Positions 56,823-64,000 of a stretch of DNA of 64,000 nucleotides are shown here, one piece after another. Within the stretch, counting starts at the first letter, position 1. Every line of letters starts with the position of its first letter. The stretch spans positions 6,404 through 70,403 of the forward strand of contig NZ_DATCRY010000019.1 of assembly GCF_036568765.1 (NCBI RefSeq), in the 5' to 3' direction. Source of the stretch: Dyella sp. (GTDB lineage: Bacteria; Pseudomonadota; Gammaproteobacteria; Xanthomonadales; Rhodanobacteraceae). Both the position numbers and the translations under genes were made by a program. The notes beneath the pieces are model-generated. The model was not told the origin of the DNA. It saw nothing but the letters and a program-made list of their open reading frames with translations, and searched no databases.

Positions 56823-57731
56823 TCAACCCACCTTGACCAGTCCCAGCGCGAAATCGATGAACGCGCGTACCTTTGCCGCCGGCAGATGCCTCGACGGATA
56901 AAGCGCATACAACGGAAACCGCTCGCCTTGCCAATCATCCAGCAATGCGATCAGGGCGCCCGACGCCAACAGATCACGTACACCGATCGCTTTCATTCGC
57001 GCAATACCGGAGCCAGCCAAGCATGCGCCTAGCAAGGTCCCGGCCTCGTTCACTACCAAGCGCCCTTGCACATCGACAGCAACCGTCTTGCGTTGGCGTT
57101 GGTAGCGCCACGATTGCAACAACTGCCCATTAAGCGAGTTGCGTACCAGGATGCACTCGTGTCGGGCCAGTTCTTCCGGATGCTTGGGCTTGCCGTGTTT
57201 CTTCAAATAAGCCGGAGCGGCGACAGTCATCGTATGCGTATCCAGCAGCTTGCGCGCCACCAGGGAAGAATCCGGCGGCGCGCCGAAGCGCATGGCCAGA
57301 TCGAAGCCCTCGCCGACCAGATCGCCAAGCTGGTCTTTCACCACCAGCTCCAGCGAGATGTCGGGATGCATCGCCATGAAACGCGTGACGTGCGGCGCGA
57401 GCATCATGCGTGAGAAGTAAGCATCGACATTGACGCGTAAACGACCGCGCACGGTTTCCGCCGCACCGGCGGTCTGGATTACCGCATTCTCGATGCCGTC
57501 GAGCAAGGGCGCCACATGCTCGAAGAATCGCCTGCCTTCATCCGTCAGGCCGACGGAGCGGGTGTTGCGGTCGAGCAGGCGCACGCCAATGCGGCTTTCC
57601 AGTCGCGCCACCGCCCGGCTCACGCCGGAGGGCGACAGGCCAAGGGCCTCGGCCGCGCGCGAAAAGCTGCCACCCTCGATGATGGCGGCCAGGACACCGA
57701 CGTTCGAAACCACCCGGCTATCGAATGCCAT
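56823..57731 (-). CDS. LysR-family transcriptional regulator
   Basis: HTH VLAAIIEGGSFSRAAEALGLSPSGVSRAVARLE plus a LysR substrate-binding domain. Start taken at Met29 of the track ORF, by arithmetic from the track. Confidence 0.8.
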   Translation of the reverse strand: MAFDSRVVSNVGVLAAIIEGGSFSRAAEALGLSPSGVSRAVARLESRIGVRLLDRNTRSVGLTDEGRRFFEHVAPLLDGIENAVIQTAGAAETVRGRLRVNVDAYFSRMMLAPHVTRFMAMHPDISLELVVKDQLGDLVGEGFDLAMRFGAPPDSSLVARKLLDTHTMTVAAPAYLKKHGKPKHPEELARHECILVRNSLNGQLLQSWRYQRQRKTVAVDVQGRLVVNEAGTLLGACLAGSGIARMKAIGVRDLLASGALIALLDDWQGERFPLYALYPSRHLPAAKVRAFIDFALGLVKVG

Positions 57732-57846
57732 GGCAGTCACCTTTGCTGAAAGATCACTAATAATGTGACCTAGTTTCGCTTCCGTCAATAAAGTCGGGTA
57801 ACTACCTTTGTTCACGCCTATTTACCCAAGTGAGCGAGGACAACCT

Positions 57847-58707
57847 ATGTACGCAATTACCGGAATTACTGGCCAGGTCGGCGGTGCCATGGCCCGCACT
57901 CTGTTGCAGGCTGGCAAACCCGTGCGAGCTGTCGTGCGTGACGCGGCAAAGGCTCGAGCTTTTGCTGCGCAGGGCTGCGAGATTGCCCTGGCCGATATGA
58001 ACGACGCGCGGGCCCTGGCCGAGGCGTTTCACGGCGCCGAAGGCGTCTTTATCCTGCCGCCACCGAATTTCGACCCGTCCCCTGGCTTTCCGGAGGCGCG
58101 CGAGGGAGCCGCGTGTGTAAGGCAGGCTTTGGAGCAAGCCCGACCGGGTAAGGTCATTCACTTGTCCACTATCGGGGCACAGGCCACATCGTCCAACCTG
58201 CTGAGCCAGCAAGGTATCTACGAGCACACGCTGGCCGATCTGTCTTTGCCGCTTACCGTGCTTCGTCCCGGCTGGTTCATGGAGAATTTTCGCTGGGATG
58301 TGGATGCCGCGCGCAACGACGGCATCTTATACAGCTTCCTGCAACCGCTCGGTCGTGCGATTCTCATGGTGGCGACCGATGACATCGGCCGCGTAGCTGC
58401 CGAATTGATCCAGGAGAACTGGCAAGGGCGTCGTGTCGTCGAGCTCCAAGGCCCGGAGCAGACATCTCCGGACGATGCGGCTGCCGCTTTCAGTCGCGTG
58501 CTCGGCAAGCAAGTGCGGGCGCAGGCTGTGCCGCGCGAGACGTGGGGCGCGTTGTTCAAGGGACAGGGTATGAACGATCCCATGCCACGCATCCAGATGC
58601 TGGATGGTTTTAACGAAGGCTGGATTTGTTTTGAGGGACCCGCTGAGAATATTCGCAAAGGCCGGATCACGCTTGAACATGTGCTTCGCGAACTGACGGC
58701 ATCGTAG
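57847..58707 (+). CDS. NmrA-family NAD(P)-binding protein
   Basis: Rossmann motif ITGITGQVGGAM. Divergent from the LysR gene. Confidence 0.75.
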   Translation: MYAITGITGQVGGAMARTLLQAGKPVRAVVRDAAKARAFAAQGCEIALADMNDARALAEAFHGAEGVFILPPPNFDPSPGFPEAREGAACVRQALEQARPGKVIHLSTIGAQATSSNLLSQQGIYEHTLADLSLPLTVLRPGWFMENFRWDVDAARNDGILYSFLQPLGRAILMVATDDIGRVAAELIQENWQGRRVVELQGPEQTSPDDAAAAFSRVLGKQVRAQAVPRETWGALFKGQGMNDPMPRIQMLDGFNEGWICFEGPAENIRKGRITLEHVLRELTAS

Positions 58708-58768
58708 GCCCGAACAACCCAGATCTCACGGTGTCGGGCTGTACAGAAAGCGCCAGGCAACCGTTGTG

Positions 58769-58798
58769 CTCCCCTCCCTTGTTTACAAAGGGGGGGAG
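58769..58798. repeat. GC-rich REP-like hairpin (CTCCCCTCCC...GGGGGGGAG)
   Basis: An imperfect 12-bp stem with loop TTTAC, related in composition to the hairpin at 36326-36349. Confidence 0.35.
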
Positions 58799-58985
58799 AT
58801 CCTTGCCTCAGTACTCAAATATCTGTCAAAAAAAGGAAGCCCTTAAAAAGGCTCTCACCCTTCTGGAGGTCTCCCGCAAGTCAAGGGGAGGCGATGAATG
58901 GACGGCGTTTGCAGGAACCGTCACGCAAAGCCCATCTCATGCGTCCTGGCCATGGCAAATACGCCTAATCTCCCAGGAGCCGACC

Positions 58986-59417
58986 ATGTTCCCCCGATAC
59001 CCTATTGTCATCCTATTCACCAGCCTGTTCATGATGACGGCTGCAAGCGCGGGCGCCCCGCCATCTTCGCACGAGGCAGTCGTCCAGGCTTTCGCGCACG
59101 CCATACCCAACGCCCAAGGTAAGATCCTTACCGGCTTGGTAGTGAACTACGAGCCTGGACAAGCCTCCTTGCCGCACCGCCATGGACAAGCGTTCGTGGT
59201 GGCCTATGTGTTGACGGGAGCTATTCGTAGCCAGGTGGAAGGCGAGCAGGCCAGGGTCTTTCATGCGGGGGAAAGCTGGTACGAAAACCCCGGTGCGCAC
59301 CATACGGTAAGCGAGAATGCGAGCAAGACCGAACCGGCCAGCCTGCTGGCCATCTTTGTCGCCGATTCCGACGACAAGAGTCTGGTGACTTACGACAAGC
59401 CAAAGGCTGCGCCTTGA
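58986..59417 (+). CDS. Secreted cupin-domain protein
   Basis: AGGAG RBS and signal peptide. Cupin motifs PHRHGQAFVVAYVLTG and WYENPGAHH. Confidence 0.7.
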   Translation: MFPRYPIVILFTSLFMMTAASAGAPPSSHEAVVQAFAHAIPNAQGKILTGLVVNYEPGQASLPHRHGQAFVVAYVLTGAIRSQVEGEQARVFHAGESWYENPGAHHTVSENASKTEPASLLAIFVADSDDKSLVTYDKPKAAP

Positions 59418-59485
59418 ATGCTTAGCGTAACCTTGCCTCGCTTACACTCCATGCTGGGAGTTCGTTCATTCATAAAGGGGGGAGT

Positions 59486-59974
59486 GTGAAGCGTTATTTT
59501 CTTTCGATCGGTTTGATCGCCGGCCTTGCCGTAGCCGTATCGGTGCAAAGCGAAGGCGCGGTGACTCATCGCGCACGGATGCAGGCGACCGCGCCGGCCG
59601 ACTACCCGTGCCAGAACGCCCAGTTCCTGAGTGACCAGCAGCAGTTCGTCAGTGGGCAGACGTCCGACGATCAGTTCGTCGATGTTTGCGGCAAAGTTAC
59701 CAAGGTATTGGCATCCAAGCACACACGCAGCGGCAATCACGGTTATTTCTATATCCAGGTGGCCGATGGTGTGACAATCGAGATCGTCTCGGATCTCGAT
59801 CAGATGAAAGCGCCGGCCTGGCCTTTCGTCCAGGTCGGCGACATGGTCTATGTGCAGGGCCGTTACTACTACGACAGCGCTTCCAGTCAAGGCATCGACT
59901 GGACTCATCACGGCACCAGTCGTTCCTGGCCGCATGCGGGCTATGTGGTAGTCAATGGCACCAAGTATCAGTAA
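59486..59974 (+). CDS. DUF3465-like secreted protein
   Basis: Signal peptide. HTRSGNHGYFYIQV...VYVQGRYYYD...IDWTHH matches my recollection of DUF3465. Confidence 0.6.
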   Translation: MKRYFLSIGLIAGLAVAVSVQSEGAVTHRARMQATAPADYPCQNAQFLSDQQQFVSGQTSDDQFVDVCGKVTKVLASKHTRSGNHGYFYIQVADGVTIEIVSDLDQMKAPAWPFVQVGDMVYVQGRYYYDSASSQGIDWTHHGTSRSWPHAGYVVVNGTKYQ

Positions 59975-59992
59975 GTGGATGTGCCGGGGCGC

Positions 59993-60982
59993 TTAACGCG
60001 CCACGGCATTCACGGCATGGAATTCGATCAACAGGCCAAGGTCATCGCGTGTCGGCGCAAGAAACGCCTTGCCGAATTCCCCGGAATAGCGCACTAGCGA
60101 ATGTTCGTAGCCGCGTTCGATGCGTCGTTGCGCGCGATCGAGATCGCTGACGCCCACGCTGACGCCCAGGATCTGCGGGCCGCCTTGCTGCAAGGCATCG
60201 GCGGCGAGACCGTTACCGTCGGGTTCCAGCGCAAGCAGGTGCGTGGGACCGATCGCTACGCTGTATCCATGCGCTGCGATTTGCGGCAGCCGCACTGCTT
60301 TGGCATCCGTAAAGCCCATTTGCGCCAGTTGTTTCTTATCGTCTTCCGCATGGGCCGAGAGCAGCCAGATGGCCGATAGCGTCTGTGCGCCATTGGGATG
60401 TTCGCGCGCGGTACGCAGATCCATCGCACTGGTGGCGTCCGTGCGCGCGGCGTAATCGATAAAGAACACATGGTTCGATAGCGGCGAAGGGTCGAGAGCG
60501 AACAGTCGCCAGCGCGGTGGCGCCTTGGGTCCGAGACCGTCCGGGTCGTTCGCTGCGGCCGAAAAGACGGGCGTCACTGCCATGCCCCGTTGCTTCAACA
60601 ATGCCTGGGCGGCATCGAGCGCGGTGGAATGTATGCCGAAGCTGCGCGATCCTGGGCCGCCGTGCAGTGCATTTTGGTCGGCCTGCATGCCTGGGTCCAA
60701 GGTTGGATTCGGACGAGTCATGCCTAGCAGTTCGATAAAGCCCGTATCCGATAAGCGTATATAGCGATTGGCAACGCCCGCCGGATCGCGTCCCGGCATG
60801 ACCTGGAAGCCAAGCTTGGCGGTCATCACCGCGGTGGCCTGGTCGATGCTGCGGCCCCAGAGCAGGATATGGTCGAGCCGGTCGCCGGCGGGCTCGGTCG
60901 CGGCGGCAGCGATGCCGCCCCATGCGAGGATAACGATGGTCAGCAAAATACCGGCCCGCTGCCGAAATGCTCTGTGTCTCAT
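59993..60982 (-). CDS. Glyoxalase-like (VOC-fold, two-domain) protein with N-terminal signal/anchor
   Basis: GGAG RBS before ATG 60982. LDHILLWGRSIDQATAVMTAKLGFQV and a second VOC-like half. Confidence 0.55.
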   Translation of the reverse strand: MRHRAFRQRAGILLTIVILAWGGIAAAATEPAGDRLDHILLWGRSIDQATAVMTAKLGFQVMPGRDPAGVANRYIRLSDTGFIELLGMTRPNPTLDPGMQADQNALHGGPGSRSFGIHSTALDAAQALLKQRGMAVTPVFSAAANDPDGLGPKAPPRWRLFALDPSPLSNHVFFIDYAARTDATSAMDLRTAREHPNGAQTLSAIWLLSAHAEDDKKQLAQMGFTDAKAVRLPQIAAHGYSVAIGPTHLLALEPDGNGLAADALQQGGPQILGVSVGVSDLDRAQRRIERGYEHSLVRYSGEFGKAFLAPTRDDLGLLIEFHAVNAVAR

Positions 60983-61306
60983 CGGAAATCTCCAAAGGGT
61001 GAGGGAGCGCCAGTCAGGCTGGCGGTGATGCAGCAGCCATGCTGGCACAAGGGATGCCGGCGTCACCACTGCCGAACCAGCCGGTGCGGTCATGTTTCCG
61101 AGGCGGTCTGGGCGCAGGCAAAAGGCCGCCAGGTTGCAAGCACGTCGCTGTCGTTCGAGGGGGCGGGCTTGCCGTGTACGGGCATGCCAATGCCGCGGAA
61201 GGCTGAATGAGACGAGCGTCGAGTAAACATCTTCGAACGGCTTGACTTGATCAGCCGGCTAAACCGGGGTGACGGGCAAAAAAGGCCATACAGGACAGAT
61301 GGTGTT

Positions 61307-62260
61307 TCAGGCCACCTGTCGCCCGAAATGCACACGCAATTCCGGTTGCGAGCGACCGACATGGCCGCGCAAACTTTCCTGGCGAGCTTCCGATGGCGTC
61401 ATTGTAAAACGCCGCTGGAATGCTCGAGCGAACTGGCTACTGTTGGAAAACCCCAATTGTAGGGCTACATCGGTAATCGACTTGCCAGTTGCCTTCGTTC
61501 CGAGCGCGATTTCACGGTAGGCCGCATCCAGCCGTTTGTCGCGGATGATCTTTGCGATGCCGCCATCGGCGGCGAAAATCCTGTACAGGTGTGCACGCGA
61601 AATCTGATGGCGTTGCATCAATAGCGATGGACCAAGCTCGCGCTCGTAAAGATGGGCTTCGATGAAATCCAGAATCTGCTGCCGCAGCATTTGCATCATC
61701 GGTGTGCTAGCGGCAGGTGTTTCGTGACTCTGTTGCGCAAGGCCGGCAGCCAGCAGATTGAGCAGTGCTTGTTCCACCACGCTGGCTTCTTCGTTACTTA
61801 AATCGGAAGCGGTCCGGCACATGCCGAGAACGAGATCGGCCAGTATCCGGGTTAATGGCCGCCCTGAAGGCAGAATGATGCCGTGCAAACTCTTGCCACG
61901 CCCGGCGCGGTCTAACGAGTTGCGTGGAAGTATCAGTGAAACCGTGGAGCCGGGTGTCACAACGGCGGAAAATGGGCGGGCGAGATCGAAGATGCAGATG
62001 TCGCCAGCATGGATGAGAAAGGGGCGGTCCTCGCACCAGGCTTCGCCCGCGCCGACCATATAAAGCTGCAGAAGGTAATGATCCAGTTCGCTTTGTATGA
62101 TCGGGTTCCGGTCATGTCGGTGCTGATCGTCGAAAGTCGTCGAGCCGACAATGACGCCGCCGACCAGCAGCGGACGAATGGCTTCGGATGTGGGAGCAGT
62201 CGCTGTTTTTGGCAGATCGGGACCCGTCCACTCGGTGGACACAAGAATGCCTTGTCTCAC
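61307..62260 (-). CDS. AraC-family transcriptional regulator
   Basis: C-terminal double HTH ...ISRAHLYRIFA...ITDVALQLGFSNSSQFARAFQRRFTMTPSEAR. Confidence 0.8.
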   Translation of the reverse strand: MRQGILVSTEWTGPDLPKTATAPTSEAIRPLLVGGVIVGSTTFDDQHRHDRNPIIQSELDHYLLQLYMVGAGEAWCEDRPFLIHAGDICIFDLARPFSAVVTPGSTVSLILPRNSLDRAGRGKSLHGIILPSGRPLTRILADLVLGMCRTASDLSNEEASVVEQALLNLLAAGLAQQSHETPAASTPMMQMLRQQILDFIEAHLYERELGPSLLMQRHQISRAHLYRIFAADGGIAKIIRDKRLDAAYREIALGTKATGKSITDVALQLGFSNSSQFARAFQRRFTMTPSEARQESLRGHVGRSQPELRVHFGRQVA

Positions 62261-62993
62261 TGCTTTCCCCTGTCACGCACACCTGAGACAGGGCGCGATG
62301 CTAGCGGATGTTAAATACGCGAAAGGTGACTGTCAGCGTGTTTTGCTCGTTGTTGCCCCGTGTCTAATGGCACATGTGTTCAATAAATGGCATTTCCATG
62401 CATCGTATTCGGAATTTGCAATGCTTGCAAAAAGCGCAACACTCCGGAATTTAACGAAGCGCTATTAAGTTCTGTCGAAGCGATTTGTCTTGTTGTCTGG
62501 TTGTGCCTCGGTATTTACGCGTTTAAGAGACAAAATGACGGGACGCATGAGACGCATCAGATATCGCCGGCCTATGCGATCTACCTAAACTCCTCTGTAC
62601 AGGATTGAAGCTGAGAACAGGGGCAACTCGTTTGGTGCGCGACTAGCTGCGGCCACGCCGTTGTGCGTGAGTGCTCGCAGGCTACCGATGCGCCGCCTCT
62701 TGAGATCGGGAGACACAGGGTGCGGTGTTTCGTTGGATCGGTAGTCGCAATTTCTTGCAGTTTAATTCGGCAATCGGCGGTGACGCTGTGGTACGCCGAT
62801 ATGTTGACTGCCATTCGGCTGCACCCGCATCGGGTGACCATGCCAGCGTCGCCGCATTCTGCGCGAAGTCCTGAGCTATCGCCACGGCCTGTCTTTTCTT
62901 TATGCGCGCGTCATGCAGCGCGAACGCGTGGTGCTTCCGGTCCGCGCCCAGCGGCATCCGTCCGTATTCGTTTGATATCTACAGGGGAAAGTG

Positions 62994-64000
62994 ATGAATC
63001 GAGTATTCCGCATCGTTTGGTCCACGGCACTCAATACTTGGGTAGTGGCGTCGGAGCTGACGGGCAGGCACGGTAAAGGGCGTGGGCGCGTCAGTGCGGG
63101 CGGCATGGATGAGCGTGCCACGTCGCGCAGTGCACCGTGGACCTTGCGCCTGGGCGTCTTGGCCGCTCTTGCGGCGTTGTATGCGCCAACGGCATTTGCG
63201 ACCGATCGCTATTGGGACGTCAACGGTGGCGCGGCAGGCAGCGGCGGCACCGGTACATGGGATACGCTTTCGGCGTACTGGAACGCTGCCAACGACGGCG
63301 TTGCCGGGCCCTTCACGGCATGGAACAACGCGGCTCTCGACAACGCCATTTTCGCCGGCACGCCCGGCACGGTGACGCTGTCCGGGGCGATCGCCGCGAA
63401 CATGCTCACCTTCAACGTGGCAGGTTATACCTTGACCGGCGGCACGCTCACGCTGGCTGGTACTACGCCTGCCATTGTGGGCTCGGCCACTATCAACTCG
63501 GTCATTGCCGGCAATGCGGGGTTCACCAAGAATGCGGTTGGCCAGCTGACCTTAAATGGGGTCAATACCTTCAGCGGCGGTATCGCCGTCAATGCCGGTA
63601 CGTTAATTATCAACGGCGATGCCGCCCTCGGCGCCGCAAGCAACGGCGTCACACTGGCGAGCGGCGCCGGGTTCACCTACGTCCTCCCGACAGGCGGCAG
63701 CATGCTTCCCGCGAGCCGCGTTGTGACGCTGAGCGCCGGCACAGCGAACATCGGCGGCAATGGCGTTGGGTCGGCCCGGTTCACGGGCACCGGTGGCATG
63801 AATCTCAGCAGCGGCGTCACTCTGACCAACAACGCCAACGATTACACCGGCGCCACGGCGTTCAATTCCGGCGGTAGTTACGGTTTCTCCTCCATCGGCA
63901 ACTTGGGCGAGGTCAGCTCGCTCGGCGCGCCGACCACCGAGACGAACGGTACAGTCACTGTGGCATCCGGCGGCGGCCTGAACGGTAACCTGTACTACGG
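62994..64000 (+). CDS. Type V autotransporter passenger, N-terminal part (ESPR extended signal peptide + PATR beta-strand repeats); 3' end outside the window
   Basis: A manual translation from ATG 62994 is open to the window end. MNRVFRIVWSTALNTWVVASELT is the ESPR motif. Repeats of the GQLTLNGVNTFSGGIAVNAGTLIINGDAALG type. Not in the ORF track, presumably because no stop is reached. Confidence 0.8.
   Translation, partial: MNRVFRIVWSTALNTWVVASELTGRHGKGRGRVSAGGMDERATSRSAPWTLRLGVLAALAALYAPTAFATDRYWDVNGGAAGSGGTGTWDTLSAYWNAANDGVAGPFTAWNNAALDNAIFAGTPGTVTLSGAIAANMLTFNVAGYTLTGGTLTLAGTTPAIVGSATINSVIAGNAGFTKNAVGQLTLNGVNTFSGGIAVNAGTLIINGDAALGAASNGVTLASGAGFTYVLPTGGSMLPASRVVTLSAGTANIGGNGVGSARFTGTGGMNLSSGVTLTNNANDYTGATAFNSGGSYGFSSIGNLGEVSSLGAPTTETNGTVTVASGGGLNGNLYY

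Noticed and set aside
57775-57785. My manual translation of the LysR ORF N-terminus disagreed with the ORF track by one T in a TTT run.
   Set aside because: This is most likely my own miscount of a homopolymer while reading by eye. CDS coordinates were therefore derived arithmetically from the track. Hand-indexed non-coding features may be off by 1-2 nt.

Overview
This is a high-GC chromosome segment (over 60 % by eye). Gene content and REP-type repeats suggest a Xanthomonadales/Lysobacterales (Rhodanobacteraceae-like) gammaproteobacterium, but that taxon call is low confidence.

Gene order, left to right:
- 1-9867: the C-terminal 3288 aa of a giant FhaB/TpsA-type exoprotein.
- An orphan small ORF, then two tandem DING/PstS-like phosphate-binding paralogs. 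The second is truncated.
- A DUF3574 lipoprotein, an AzgA-like permease, and a Tat-signal GH29 fucosidase.
- 17569-23964: a compact low-GC integrative element of about 6.4 kb inserted in tRNA-Val(CAC), bounded by perfect 48-bp direct repeats. It carries a tyrosine integrase, a wHTH protein, small unknown ORFs, an SF2-like helicase fused to an HTH, an iteron-like region, a membrane-anchored unknown protein and an XRE regulator. It ends with 0.8 kb free of ORFs that contains an inverted copy of the tRNA 5' end.
- Core genes: split metH behind an ArsR-methyltransferase fusion, acyl-CoA dehydrogenase, msrA, an RNase Sa/barstar/S4 operon, DUF72, a PD40 protein, a serine hydrolase, VOC, an MscK-like channel, nfi and an ABC exporter.
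- 41944-43897: a low-GC islet encoding a secreted amidase_3-like protein.
- A Lys/Ala-rich protein, DUF4126 with an FAD oxidoreductase, and a leader ORF joined in frame through a TGA to a DMT-like transporter.
- An ECF sigma/FecR pair followed by an S53 sedolisin-PKD protease and an STN-domain TonB-dependent receptor.
- YihY, LysR, NmrA, cupin, DUF3465, a glyoxalase-like protein, AraC, and the 5' part of an ESPR autotransporter.

No rRNA, CRISPR array or IS transposase was seen. The best candidates for something undescribed are the tRNA-Val element (its replication-type module, cargo pair and non-coding arm) and the sigma/anti-sigma-protease-receptor cluster. All functional calls come from motif recognition by eye; no searches were run.
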